Assembly (NCBI GenBank): GCA_964553685.1 | Contig: CAZKLB010000004.1 | Coordinates: 18,704-80,929 of the forward strand | DNA: 62,226 nt | Source: an uncultured Marinoscillum sp. | GTDB lineage: Bacteria; Bacteroidota; Bacteroidia; Cytophagales; MED-G16 | Direction of reading: 5' to 3' | Shown: in pieces, positions 17,742-28,015 of the stretch | Numbering within the stretch: position 1 is the first letter of the stretch | Layout of the letters: each line of letters starts with the position of its first letter | Translations under genes and position numbers: made by a program | Notes under the pieces: model-generated | Told to the model about the DNA's origin: nothing | Databases searched by the model: none | What the model saw: the letters and a program-made list of their open reading frames with translations, nothing else

Positions 17742-19385
17742 ATGATAAGGTATTTTATATTACTAACTCTTCTTTTTCATTATAATTCATATTCACAAGA
17801 TATTTTTGCAGAGAAGGAAAGATTTACAAGGCAGGATAGTCTTAGAGGAAGCATAACACAGGAGAGATCTTGGTGGGATTTAGTATATTATCACCTTGAT
17901 ATTAAAATTGAACCAGATAAAAAATTTATTGAAGGTCATAATACTGTAAAATTTCAGGTAATAGAAGAAAATCAAGTCATGCAAATTGACTTACAAGAAC
18001 CACTTAGAATTACTAAGGTTCAAGAAAATGGGAAAAATTTAAAATATACTAGAGAAGGAAATGTTTATCTCATTTATCTAGATAAAAAACAAATTGTCGG
18101 AGAAGTCAATGAAATAAAAATTAGTTATAAAGGAAAACCTAAAGTTGCGGTAAGAGCTCCTTGGGATGGTGGTTTTTCTTGGGATAAAGATGAAAATGGA
18201 AATCACTTTATTGCAACTTCTTGCCAAGGTCTTGGTGCAAGTGTTTGGTGGCCAAATAAAGATCATATGTACGATGAAGTTGATAGCATGCTTATTAGTG
18301 TAAATATTCCAAGAGAATTAGTTAATGTATCTAACGGAAGGTTAAAAGAAATTACATATCCTGACGATAAGACGAGCACTTATCATTGGTTTGTCAGTAA
18401 CCCTATAAATAATTATGGAGTGAATGTTAATATTGGTGACTATGTTAAATTTTCAGAAATATATAATGGCGAGAAAGGAAATTTAGATATTGACTATTAT
18501 GTACTTAGATATAACGAGGAAAAAGCAAAAGTACATTTTGAAGATGTTCCTAAAATGTTTGATGCCCTTGAATACTGGTTTGGTCCATATCCATTTTATG
18601 AAGATAGTTATAAACTTGTAGAGGTACCATATCTTGGTATGGAGCACCAGAGTTCAATAACTTATGGTAATAAATATTTAAAAGGTTACCTAGGTAGAGA
18701 TCCATCTGATTCAGGTTGGGGCTTAAAGTTTGATTTCATAATTATTCACGAATCTGGACACGAGTGGTTTGCAAATAATATCACCTACATAGATATTGCT
18801 GACATGTGGATTCATGAGGGATTCACCGCATACTCTGAGAATCTATTTCTTGATTATCATTATGGAAAACAGGCAGGTGCTGATTACACAATTGGAACAA
18901 GAAAAGGGATACAAAATGATAAGCCAATTATTGGTCCTTATGATGTAAACAAGAATGGATCTAAAGATATGTATTCTAAAGGAGCAAATTTATTGCATAC
19001 AATAAGGCAAATTACTAATAACGATGAGTTATGGAGGAAAACTCTTAGGGGACTAAATGAAAGGTTTTATCATAAGACTGTCTCATCTATTCAAGTTGAA
19101 GAATTTATCTCCGAATCTATTGGATTAGACCTTAAGTATGTTTTTAATCAATACCTGAGGGATGTAAGGATTCCAATCTTTGAATATAAAATTGACGAGA
19201 ACGGATTGAATTATAGGTGGTCAAATTCTATTGATAATTTTGATATGCCTTTAGATATAGAATTAAATGGTGAAAAGACAAGGTTATTTCCAAAAAATAA
19301 TTGGTCAGAGTATAAAACAAAAGTCAATACACTTGAAATCGATAGAAATTTTTATATAAAGACAAAAAAAAAGGCCTCTAAGTAG
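17742..19385 (+). CDS. M1 family zinc aminopeptidase
   Basis: Signal peptide; YLGMEHQS (GxMEN-like), HESGHEWF..WIHEG (HExxH+E), DMYSKGA. Confidence 0.92.
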   Translation: MIRYFILLTLLFHYNSYSQDIFAEKERFTRQDSLRGSITQERSWWDLVYYHLDIKIEPDKKFIEGHNTVKFQVIEENQVMQIDLQEPLRITKVQENGKNLKYTREGNVYLIYLDKKQIVGEVNEIKISYKGKPKVAVRAPWDGGFSWDKDENGNHFIATSCQGLGASVWWPNKDHMYDEVDSMLISVNIPRELVNVSNGRLKEITYPDDKTSTYHWFVSNPINNYGVNVNIGDYVKFSEIYNGEKGNLDIDYYVLRYNEEKAKVHFEDVPKMFDALEYWFGPYPFYEDSYKLVEVPYLGMEHQSSITYGNKYLKGYLGRDPSDSGWGLKFDFIIIHESGHEWFANNITYIDIADMWIHEGFTAYSENLFLDYHYGKQAGADYTIGTRKGIQNDKPIIGPYDVNKNGSKDMYSKGANLLHTIRQITNNDELWRKTLRGLNERFYHKTVSSIQVEEFISESIGLDLKYVFNQYLRDVRIPIFEYKIDENGLNYRWSNSIDNFDMPLDIELNGEKTRLFPKNNWSEYKTKVNTLEIDRNFYIKTKKKASK

Positions 19386-19396
19386 AAGGCCCTTTT
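19369..19396. terminator. Bidirectional intrinsic terminator-like hairpin between convergent genes
   Basis: AAAAGGCCTCTA-AG-TAGAAGGCCCTTTT, an imperfect inverted repeat with A/T runs on both sides. Confidence 0.6.
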
Positions 19397-19415
19397 CTTA
19401 TAAAATATACTGGTT

Positions 19416-20204
19416 TTAATAAAATTTATAACCAATATTATTTGAGTGAGGCACAAGTCCATCAGAACCGCCTACTAGATATTTTGATAACTCTCCAGCA
19501 ATTCCACTAGGATCATCATTTAATCTCCAATTTAAATATGTATCATATTGTTCGAATGAATCCCAGTATTCAATAATAAAATATGTACTGGTCTCCTCGT
19601 TGAATGTTGCTTCCAAATGAGTACATCCATCATATGCTCTAGTTGTAGGTAATCCATCCTCTGAGTCTAACATTTCTTTTACCTTTTCATAACTTCCCTT
19701 CTTGACTTTTAAAGTTGCAACTACTACTTTTCTATCAACAGGACCAACAGCATTTGTCATACCTGTTGCATCAAAGTATTCTCCTGTATAAACGATCTTA
19801 CCATCTGCAAAATCAAAATTATGATACGATGGCAATGTAAATGTCCTACCAGTTGACTTACTTTTTCCAGTCCAGACTCCATAAGCTCTAACGCTTCCGT
19901 CAAGTGTCATAGTTCCAGTATCAATACCAGGTAACCACATTGGGTCATTAAACTTAACATCAGTATAACTATTGATGTAGAATTCTGCAATTTGTTGAGA
20001 TGTTGCATAATCTACTTCACCCATACCGTATAAAGGAGCTTGATCACGAAGGTCTTCAGACATGATTTCTTTCCATAAATCAATATCTCCATTTTCAAAA
20101 ACTTGAACCCATTTCTTTGCTAATTCAAGATTAGTCTTATATTCTGGGTTTGTATTACATCCATATAAAAACATAATAGATATAATAAATAATAACTTTT
20201 TCAT
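19416..20204 (-). CDS. Lipoprotein fusing an NTF2/SnoaL-like domain to an ABM (antibiotic biosynthesis monooxygenase-like) domain
   Basis: Lipobox LYGC; N-domain ..YGVWTG..TGRTFTLP.Y..FDFADGKIV..GEYFD; C-domain LPTTRAYDGC..IEYWDS..Y..YLNWR. Confidence 0.75.
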   Translation of the reverse strand: MKKLLFIISIMFLYGCNTNPEYKTNLELAKKWVQVFENGDIDLWKEIMSEDLRDQAPLYGMGEVDYATSQQIAEFYINSYTDVKFNDPMWLPGIDTGTMTLDGSVRAYGVWTGKSKSTGRTFTLPSYHNFDFADGKIVYTGEYFDATGMTNAVGPVDRKVVVATLKVKKGSYEKVKEMLDSEDGLPTTRAYDGCTHLEATFNEETSTYFIIEYWDSFEQYDTYLNWRLNDDPSGIAGELSKYLVGGSDGLVPHSNNIGYKFY

Positions 20205-20229
20205 ATTCTTAATAATTTAATTTAGTGGA

Positions 20230-20237
20230 CAAAATTA
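20230..20237 (-). promoter_or_regulatory. Putative -7 promoter box TAATTTTG for the NTF2-ABM gene
   Basis: Exact TAnnTTTG match, 25 nt before ATG 20204. Confidence 0.55.
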
Positions 20238-20271
20238 TAAAAAAATATAATACTATTCTTTAAAGAGATGA

Positions 20272-21570
20272 CTATTGATTCAAATTCAGATAATCTTTAA
20301 ATTCTGAATAACTTTTTATTTTATGGTAAATACTATCTTCTGATAAAATTTTTTCTATTTTCTTTGGGTATTTCAGTGTTTCTGGGATGCACTCATTTAC
20401 TTCTTTTATGAACTTTGAGTAATGAGCGGTTTCTAGAAATATATGGTATAAACCATTATGTTTCTCTTGATGTTTTTTTACTCCAAGATATCCTACTGCC
20501 CCGTGAGGATCGCAAATGTAATTATATTTATCATTCAGTTCGTTTATTGCAGTTTGTGTCTCCTTATCACTAAAAGTATAAGCACTAATAATTTTTTTTA
20601 TTTTTTTTATGTCATTTAGAAAGTACTCCGAGACTCTAATAAAATTACTTGGATCTCCAACATCCATTGCACTAGATATTGTTCTTACTGACCTTTGTGG
20701 AGTATAACAATTTGATTCAATAAATTTTTTAAAAGTATCGTTTCTATTATTTGAAGCTATTACATATTTAACTGGAATACCCATACCTATTGCAACTAAA
20801 CAAGAAAAGAAATTTCCAAAATTTCCAGATGGGATTGAAAAAGCAATATTCTTATGCTTTACTGCAATCTCTTTGTACGCAAAAAAATAATATAGTATTT
20901 GAGGTATCCATCTTGATATATTTATTGAGTTAGCAGTTGTAAAATTGAATTTCGATCGAAGATCAGTATCAGTTAAAGCATCTTTCACCATTTTTTGACA
21001 CTCGTCAAAGGAACCTTCCACCTCAACTGGATATATATTTCCTGAAAATGATGTTATCTGTTTCTCTTGAACTTTAGAGATCCTCCCTTTTGGAAATAGT
21101 ATAAAAACATTAATACCTTTTACCTTATGAAAACCGCTTGCAACTGCTGCTCCTGTATCACCTGATGTTGCAACAAGTACTGTTTTTTTTCTTTTTTCAG
21201 AAATATTAAAGTGACTTAAAACTCTTGATGTAAAACGAGCTCCAACATCCTTAAAGGCCATGGTTGGTCCGTGAAATAATTCAAGGACCGAAATTTTATC
21301 ACTCAACTCTTTACAAGGAAAATTAAAATTTATTGTCTCTGCAATTATACTTTTAAGTGATACATCATCAATATCATCTCCTGAAAATTTTGAAATGCAT
21401 TCAAATGCAATTTGTTCATTTGAGAGATTTGGTAATTCCTTAACAAAACTCCTACCCATTCTCGGAATAACTTCAGGATAATAAAGTCCTTTATCTAGTG
21501 GTATTCCATTTAATACAGCTTCCCTAAAACTAACTCTAACACTTTTATCTCTAGTACTATAATATTTCAT
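20272..21570 (-). CDS. thrC: Threonine synthase
   Basis: MKYYST, ELFHGPTMAFKD (PLP Lys), ATSGDTG, ANSINISR, PSGNFGN, DPHGA, TAH. Confidence 0.96.
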   Translation of the reverse strand: MKYYSTRDKSVRVSFREAVLNGIPLDKGLYYPEVIPRMGRSFVKELPNLSNEQIAFECISKFSGDDIDDVSLKSIIAETINFNFPCKELSDKISVLELFHGPTMAFKDVGARFTSRVLSHFNISEKRKKTVLVATSGDTGAAVASGFHKVKGINVFILFPKGRISKVQEKQITSFSGNIYPVEVEGSFDECQKMVKDALTDTDLRSKFNFTTANSINISRWIPQILYYFFAYKEIAVKHKNIAFSIPSGNFGNFFSCLVAIGMGIPVKYVIASNNRNDTFKKFIESNCYTPQRSVRTISSAMDVGDPSNFIRVSEYFLNDIKKIKKIISAYTFSDKETQTAINELNDKYNYICDPHGAVGYLGVKKHQEKHNGLYHIFLETAHYSKFIKEVNECIPETLKYPKKIEKILSEDSIYHKIKSYSEFKDYLNLNQ

Positions 21571-21571
21571 T

Positions 21572-22498
21572 CTAACTAGATAAAATTCTTACCCCCTTTT
21601 CACTGATCTTTGAGACATAGGTTGAAAAATCAATATCTGATTTTTCATAAAGTTTTGAAACACTTTCACTGATTCTATCAGCTTTATCAACCCCTTTGGT
21701 TAAAGCAAATACTGAAGGGCCAGAACCAGATATTGAACAACCCAAAGCTCCATTCTTTAAACAGATCTCTTTAATTTCATCGAAAAGAGGTATTAATATT
21801 TTTCTATGTTTTTCAACTAGATAATCATTTAGACTTCCACCTATTAATGTATAATCTTCAGTATGAAGAGCATGAACAAAAGATCCAAAAGAAGAAACTT
21901 GCTTCGTCACATCTTTTAAGGTTACCTTCTTCGGCAATATTTCTCTAGAGTAAGATGTCTTAACTTCAATTTTAGGGTTTATTACAAAACAATATAGATT
22001 GCTTGGTGTTGGCAACTTTATTATTTCTAGAGGGGAAATAGATTTAACCATTACAAGGCCTCCCATTAATGCAGGAGCTACATTATCAGCATGTTCAGTG
22101 ATGCTTGAAGCTACCTCACCTTTCATAGCAAATTTTACTAATTCAATTTCTTTTAGTGGTGACCCTAATAATTTATTAATTGCATAAACGCTTGCCGAGG
22201 CACTAGATCCACTACTCCCTATCCCACTTCCTGGAATGATATTTTTATGTATTTGAAAATCAAATCCACATCCTGGATTAAGATATTCCATCATTTTCTT
22301 TGCGGCTATTGTCGAAACATTTTTATCTATTTCATATGGCACAGAATACCCTGAAATATCACTAATTACTAAAGATTTTTTTTTAGTTTTTTTTACAGTC
22401 ATCTCATCTCCAATTGTTTCAATAGGAAATCCAAGTATATCAAAACCACACGCAACATTAGAAACAGTTGCGGGAGAAAAAACCTTTATCTGATCCAT
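21572..22498 (-). CDS. thrB: Homoserine kinase
   Basis: PATVSNVACGFD, PGSGIGSSGSSA (GHMP), HADNVAPA, ISGSGPS. Confidence 0.96.
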   Translation of the reverse strand: MDQIKVFSPATVSNVACGFDILGFPIETIGDEMTVKKTKKKSLVISDISGYSVPYEIDKNVSTIAAKKMMEYLNPGCGFDFQIHKNIIPGSGIGSSGSSASASVYAINKLLGSPLKEIELVKFAMKGEVASSITEHADNVAPALMGGLVMVKSISPLEIIKLPTPSNLYCFVINPKIEVKTSYSREILPKKVTLKDVTKQVSSFGSFVHALHTEDYTLIGGSLNDYLVEKHRKILIPLFDEIKEICLKNGALGCSISGSGPSVFALTKGVDKADRISESVSKLYEKSDIDFSTYVSKISEKGVRILSS

Positions 22499-22525
22499 AT
22501 CCCTAAAATTGATTAAAAAAATGCA

Positions 22526-22533
22526 TATTTTTG
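22526..22533 (+). promoter_or_regulatory. Putative -7 promoter box TATTTTTG for the BI-1/YccA gene
   Basis: Exact TAnnTTTG match, 26 nt before ATG 22560. Confidence 0.55.
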
Positions 22534-22559
22534 ATTAATAGTAATTAAAAATAAACGTT

Positions 22560-23303
22560 ATGCCAAATCATTTATCATATAGATCAGGGAATCCAGTTTT
22601 AACCTCAAATGCATTTAACATAGCAACAGACGAATCTGATGTTATGACAATTAATGGTACTGTTAATAAAACATTTTTATTATTATTTATTGTAATTGGA
22701 TCGGGGTACTTTGCATGGAATAATTTAGTAACATCCATGTATTTAGCATTTCCAGCAGCAATCATGGGATTCGTTCTTACTTTACTCATAATTTTCAATA
22801 AAAAATGGATAAGCTATTTAGCCCCTATTTATGCTGTTACTCAAGGAATCTTTTTAGGTATGATATCATATTATTTTAATTCCCTATATGATGGAATTGC
22901 TATTACTGCTATCTCTTATACATTATGTATCTTATTTGGTCTACTATCAATATATAGACTGGGAATAATAAAACCAACCGAAAATTTTAAACTTGGAGTT
23001 GGTGCTGCAACGTCAGGAATATTTTTAATTTATATGATAAACTTTATAATGAGTTTCTTTGGGACAGGCATCCCATTAATGGATATAGCTAATGCATCTA
23101 TTTATAGCATTGGATTTAGCGTATTTGTAATAATTATAGCTTCAGCAAATCTAGTTATTGACTTTGACTTCATAGAAGAAGGAGCTGAAAAAGGTGCACC
23201 AAAGTATATGGAATGGTATGGTGCATTCGGACTTATGGTAACTTTAATTTGGTTATATTTCGAGATACTTAAATTACTAGCAAAGTTAAACTCTAGAAGA
23301 TGA
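22560..23303 (+). CDS. Bax inhibitor-1/YccA family membrane protein
   Basis: SGNPVL..MTINGTVNKT, 7 TM, LVIDFDFIE, MEWYGAFGLMVTLIWLYFEILKLL. Confidence 0.92.
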   Translation: MPNHLSYRSGNPVLTSNAFNIATDESDVMTINGTVNKTFLLLFIVIGSGYFAWNNLVTSMYLAFPAAIMGFVLTLLIIFNKKWISYLAPIYAVTQGIFLGMISYYFNSLYDGIAITAISYTLCILFGLLSIYRLGIIKPTENFKLGVGAATSGIFLIYMINFIMSFFGTGIPLMDIANASIYSIGFSVFVIIIASANLVIDFDFIEEGAEKGAPKYMEWYGAFGLMVTLIWLYFEILKLLAKLNSRR

Positions 23304-23307
23304 TTAG

Positions 23308-24723
23308 ATGAAAATCAAATTTATTTGTTTTTCTATTTTATTATTTATACTTAACTCTTGTAAGCTAAAACAAGAAAAATCAGACTCACCAAACTTTATT
23401 TTATTTTTAACTGATGATCAAAGTTGGTCCGGAACCTCTGTTCAGATGTCGCCAGATCATCCTTCATCAAAAAGTTTTTATTATGAAACACCTAACCTCA
23501 AAAAACTATCTGAAAGAGGAATGGTATTTTCTCGTGGATATTCCGCATCACCAGTATGCTCTCCCTCTAGATATAGCATTCAATTTGGGAAAACTGCAGC
23601 AAGGTTAAAAATGATTCGAGTTGGAATGAATACAAGTCATATTGATCATAATGAACCGAATACCATTCCCAAAGTTTTAAAAGACATTAATCCAGAATAT
23701 GTAACTGCTCACTTTGGTAAGTGGGGGATTGATGCTGATCCATCTATACTTGGTTATGATTTCCATGATGGAAAAAATGGTAATAAAGAAGGTGGATTTA
23801 ATAACGATAATTCTCAGTGGAAAATTTCATTTTCTGAAGATCCAAAAAATATTTTTAGTTTAACGAGTAAGGCATTAGACTTTATTGAAAAACAGAAAAA
23901 ATATGATAAACCTTTTTTTCTTCAGGTGTCACACTATGCCGTACACACAAATCTTATTTCTAAAAAAAGCACTTATGATAAATACGTTAATAAAAAAAAA
24001 TATTCTGAAACTGACCATCCTGGGTTTGCTGCAATGAATGAAGATCTAGATGAGGGTTTGGGTTTAATTTTAAAAAAAATTGAAGAATTAGATTTATCTG
24101 ATAATACATTTATAATATATACAGCAGATAATGGTTCAGTCCCAACAATCCCAGCAAGAAAATTTTATAAAAAAAGTATTAATTATCCATTAAGTAGAGG
24201 AAAGTGGGATGCAATGGAAGGTGGTATTAGAGTCCCTTTCATTATTGCTGGCCCTGGAATAAAACCGGAAAGCATAAATAATATACCAGTATCCGGATAT
24301 GACCTTTTACCTACAATTATTGATATTATAGATCCAAATTATAAGTTTAGTAATCAAATTGATGGGGGAAGTTTCAAAGAAATCTTATTTTCTAATAAAA
24401 TAAAATCCGTTAAAAGAGGTACTGATGGTTTAATTTTTCATGTCCCTTATGAAAATAAAATAGCTTTGGAAAGGGCTCACTCATCAATAATAAGAGATGA
24501 TTTTAAATTAATAAAGTTTAGGGATAATAATGAAATAAATTTATTTAATCTTAATTCTGATATATCAGAGTTAAATAATTTAATAGATTCATTTCCTAAT
24601 ATTGGTAATGAGTTAGAAACCACTTTAGAAAACTATCTCAAAAATGTAAAATCTATTAAGTGGAGAGAAGGGATAAATTGGAAAAATATTGATATTAATG
24701 ATGTAAATTCATTTTATGAATAA
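23308..24723 (+). CDS. Sulfatase (S1, Cys-type), probable lipoprotein
   Basis: NFILFLTDD, SPVCSPSR (CxPxR), HFGKW, HYAVH, DNG, GKW..EGGIRVP; lipobox LNSC. Confidence 0.92.
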   Translation: MKIKFICFSILLFILNSCKLKQEKSDSPNFILFLTDDQSWSGTSVQMSPDHPSSKSFYYETPNLKKLSERGMVFSRGYSASPVCSPSRYSIQFGKTAARLKMIRVGMNTSHIDHNEPNTIPKVLKDINPEYVTAHFGKWGIDADPSILGYDFHDGKNGNKEGGFNNDNSQWKISFSEDPKNIFSLTSKALDFIEKQKKYDKPFFLQVSHYAVHTNLISKKSTYDKYVNKKKYSETDHPGFAAMNEDLDEGLGLILKKIEELDLSDNTFIIYTADNGSVPTIPARKFYKKSINYPLSRGKWDAMEGGIRVPFIIAGPGIKPESINNIPVSGYDLLPTIIDIIDPNYKFSNQIDGGSFKEILFSNKIKSVKRGTDGLIFHVPYENKIALERAHSSIIRDDFKLIKFRDNNEINLFNLNSDISELNNLIDSFPNIGNELETTLENYLKNVKSIKWREGINWKNIDINDVNSFYE

Positions 24724-24724
24724 T

Positions 24725-25174
24725 CTAAAATAAAGAAATACCCCAGTATGTAAATAAAGCCCAAATAAAATACCTCACTAATTTTCCTAAAAACATAAAG
24801 ATAACAACGGTATATGGGTTTGTTCTAAAAAAACCTAGAGCAATTGCAATAGGATCACCAAAAATTGGAAGCCAACACAAAAAGGCTAGTAGACCACCCC
24901 ACCTATCAATTTTAATTTTCCATTTATATATATTTTCTTTTTTTACTCTAAAATATTTTTCAATAAAATCCCAATTCCCTAATCTTCCCAAAATAAAACT
25001 ACTAACTCCTCCAAGCCAATTACCTAGTGATGCAACCATTAACGTGGAAAATAAATCATAGTTATTTGCTAAAAGAATACTTAAAACTATTTCTGAACTT
25101 AACGGAATTATTGTAGCAGCTAGAAAACTAGATATAAAAAGACCAATATACCCCCACTCTGCTAATGCTTCCAT
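24725..25174 (-). CDS. YqaA family (DedA/VTT-like) membrane protein
   Basis: FLAATIIPLSSE, GNWLGG, WLPIFGDP, GKLVRY. Confidence 0.9.
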   Translation of the reverse strand: MEALAEWGYIGLFISSFLAATIIPLSSEIVLSILLANNYDLFSTLMVASLGNWLGGVSSFILGRLGNWDFIEKYFRVKKENIYKWKIKIDRWGGLLAFLCWLPIFGDPIAIALGFFRTNPYTVVIFMFLGKLVRYFIWALFTYWGISLF

Positions 25175-25225
25175 ACTATAATTTTATTATCAAATCCAAA
25201 AATTAAAGATTTCTAAAGTAATATT

Positions 25226-26680
25226 TTATGTAAAACTCATTGCCTTTACTATCTCTTTCGTAGTTCTTAAACCTGATTCTATTGCCCCATTCATTGAGGC
25301 TCTTTGAAAAGCAGTATGTTCACCAGCAAAATATAAAGGATCTTCATTTCTAGATAATATTTCCCTAAAGTTTTTTTGACCGACTGCAGAAAAAGTATAG
25401 CTAGCTTTTATCCATTTATCATCGTTCCAATATTTTGAGACAGATCTTTCCCAATACTTTGAGGAATCTTTCCATATTTTCAAACATGTATTTTTTGCTA
25501 TTTTATCTCTCTCCTCATCACCTAATTTACCAAGTTTCATAGCATCTTTGCCAGAAGTAAAACTTAGTAATATACCTCTAGGTCCAGGTTGATCCACAGA
25601 AAAATGGTAAATTCTTCTAAGTACGGTATCAGTAAAAACTCGCTGACCAATAGAATCTCCATTATCCCAAAATCTTTTTTTGAATTGAATTGCTATTTTC
25701 ATGGCATTACCATAAGCCTGTTCATTAATACATTTTATTTTATCATTTGATAATTTTGGATAAATTTCAATATTCTTCAATATTGTTGTTGGTATAGCAA
25801 GTACACATTTTGCTGCCTTTATTTTTATTGGTTTTCCATTTTCACTGATTGTTGCAATTACCCCATCAGAATTGTGGTCAAGTCTTAGAAGTGGAGAATT
25901 ATATTTTATTCTATTTTCTATTTTTTTTGAAAGTGTTTTAGGAAGCTGATCGTTTCCACCAAAAATTCTTCCTTCGACAGTATTTTCACTGAAGCCAGAT
26001 GTTTTAATATTTGACAAAATAACGGCTAATGCAGAAATTTTTGAAGGGGTAGTCGTTGACTCTGTTGCATTTGCGTAAGTATATAGTTCGATGATATCTT
26101 TTGGAGCGCCTCCTTTTTTTAAAATTGACTCAACTGATACATTATCTAACGCTTGTACCTCAGTGGAATTAATTCCTTTGTCTTTAACCAAGTCAATCCA
26201 CTTCTGAATATACTGAACCTCCTGGCCAAATAGCATACCATCCTCAGTACCATTATAAGGTAAAGAATTCTCTCCAGATCTAATTCTCTCCATAGATAAT
26301 TTATTCCCTCTTACATAAACGCCATCATATTGTCTGGCAGGAAGTATTTTTAAATTAAATCTCCTACAATAGTCATGTACAAACAAATCTGTGCTATCAA
26401 CATATTCTGCACCCATTTCAGAATATAAATTATCAGAAAATTGATCTCTGTATGTACTAACTCTTCCACCTGGAAGAGATTTTGCTTCAATCAAAATAAC
26501 ATTATATCCAGCTTGATCTAACTCATAAGCACATGACAAACCTGCTAACCCAGCGCCAACAATAATAATCCTTTTTTCATCGGAAGAACTTGAGAAAAGT
26601 GATGATGAGGAAAAAGAAATTACAGAGCCTATTACTCCAGTCTTTTTTATAAATGATCTCCTGCCTATCTTATTTACCAT
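25226..26680 (-). CDS. Tat-exported flavin monoamine oxidase / L-amino-acid oxidase family protein
   Basis: GRRSFIKK signal; IVGAGLAGL, EAK..PGGRV, EMGAEY, YFAGEH, MNGAIESG. Confidence 0.88.
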   Translation of the reverse strand: MVNKIGRRSFIKKTGVIGSVISFSSSSLFSSSSDEKRIIIVGAGLAGLSCAYELDQAGYNVILIEAKSLPGGRVSTYRDQFSDNLYSEMGAEYVDSTDLFVHDYCRRFNLKILPARQYDGVYVRGNKLSMERIRSGENSLPYNGTEDGMLFGQEVQYIQKWIDLVKDKGINSTEVQALDNVSVESILKKGGAPKDIIELYTYANATESTTTPSKISALAVILSNIKTSGFSENTVEGRIFGGNDQLPKTLSKKIENRIKYNSPLLRLDHNSDGVIATISENGKPIKIKAAKCVLAIPTTILKNIEIYPKLSNDKIKCINEQAYGNAMKIAIQFKKRFWDNGDSIGQRVFTDTVLRRIYHFSVDQPGPRGILLSFTSGKDAMKLGKLGDEERDKIAKNTCLKIWKDSSKYWERSVSKYWNDDKWIKASYTFSAVGQKNFREILSRNEDPLYFAGEHTAFQRASMNGAIESGLRTTKEIVKAMSFT

Positions 26681-26785
26681 CCAAATATTAAAAAAGTTAA
26701 TTACATTTATAATTCTAATAAATTGTTATTGAATAAATAAATTAAATAATTTTATTATAACTAAAAAAACGATTAAAAATATTTT

Positions 26786-27907
26786 ATGAAAAATTTAATA
26801 CTGCTTTTATCATTATTTATTGTTATCTCTTGTTCTAATTCGGTAAAAGATTCAAGTAATTTACCTGGAAGACTTGGAAATCCTGAAATGAGTTTAAAAA
26901 CTGATCCAAGAGCTATTCCGGCAGTAACTAAAGTAATGTCTGAATATGGATTAGATGCTTTAGCTCCTGATCCTCAAATATCAATACAAGCGACTCAAAA
27001 GGAGAAGGTTGATTATATGACATCTCTTGAACCAGCATATGAAGAAATATTTAAATCTTGGTATTCAGAGCTCCCAGAGGTTGAAGGTTTAGAAAGATTT
27101 ACTGAAGTTATTGATGGAGTTGATGGAAATCAAATAAAATTATATGTTCATAAGCCAGAAAAAGAAAAATCTAAAATTCCAGGTATTCTTCACATTCATG
27201 GTGGAGGTATGAGTATAATGAAGGCAAGTAATCCTAATTATGTAAGATGGAGAGATGACCTTGCATCAACAGGACTTGTTGTAGTCGGTGTTGAGTTTCG
27301 AAATGTTGCTGGAGAATTAGGAAGTCATCCTTTTCCTGCAGGCTTGAATGATTGTAGTAGTGCCTTACAATGGATGTTTGATAATAAGGAAAAATTAGGT
27401 GTTTCAAAAATTATTGTTTCTGGTGAATCTGGAGGAGGTAATCTTACTTTAGCTACAACATTAAAAGCAAAAAAGGACGAAAAACTTTTTCAAATTGACG
27501 GAGTTTATGCTCAGTGTCCTTACATTTCTAATGAATATCATAGATCAATTAATAATCTTCCTTCTCTAATAGAAAATAACGGCTATTTTCTAAATGTAAA
27601 AGATATGGCTGTCATGGCTTCAGCCTATGATGGTATTGATAGTAAGAACCCCCTTGCTTGGCCATTATTTGCCACAAATGAAGATTTGTCTGGGCTACCT
27701 CCTCACGTAATATCTGTGAACGAATTAGATCCTCTTAGAGACGAAGGTCTTTTATATTATAAAAATTTACTTATGGCTGGAGTTGATGCATCAAGTATTA
27801 CAATAAATGGAACTGTTCATGCCGGAGATATGATTTTTATAAAAGCGACTCCAAAAATATATAGAGCCTCATTAATGCATATTAATAATTTTGCAAATAG
27901 CTTATAA
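26786..27907 (+). CDS. HSL-family alpha/beta hydrolase (esterase/lipase), lipoprotein
   Basis: Lipobox VISC; HGGG oxyanion motif, GESGG nucleophile, ELDPLRDE, GTVH. Confidence 0.9.
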   Translation: MKNLILLLSLFIVISCSNSVKDSSNLPGRLGNPEMSLKTDPRAIPAVTKVMSEYGLDALAPDPQISIQATQKEKVDYMTSLEPAYEEIFKSWYSELPEVEGLERFTEVIDGVDGNQIKLYVHKPEKEKSKIPGILHIHGGGMSIMKASNPNYVRWRDDLASTGLVVVGVEFRNVAGELGSHPFPAGLNDCSSALQWMFDNKEKLGVSKIIVSGESGGGNLTLATTLKAKKDEKLFQIDGVYAQCPYISNEYHRSINNLPSLIENNGYFLNVKDMAVMASAYDGIDSKNPLAWPLFATNEDLSGLPPHVISVNELDPLRDEGLLYYKNLLMAGVDASSITINGTVHAGDMIFIKATPKIYRASLMHINNFANSL

Positions 27908-27940
27908 ATTACTTTTTAAAGTCAGACAATCAAAATAAAG

Positions 27941-28014
27941 TGGAGCCAGAGGGAGTCGAACCCTCGACCTCTTGACTGCCAGTCAAGCACTCTAGCCAGC
28001 TGAGCTATGGCCCC
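27941..28014 (-). tRNA. tRNA-Ala (anticodon GGC), CCA not encoded
   Basis: GGGGCCATAGCTCAGCTGGCTAGAGTGCTTGACTGGCAGTCAAGAGGTCGAGGGTTCGACTCCCTCTGGCTCCA. Acceptor stem has the G3:U70 Ala determinant, anticodon stem CTTGA/TCAAG, and a TTCGA T-loop. Confidence 0.97.
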
Positions 28015-28015
28015 T

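Noticed and set aside
27908-28014. tRNA-Ala as an active prophage or island attachment site
   Set aside because: No integrase, and I found no duplicated tRNA 3' end in the window by eye.
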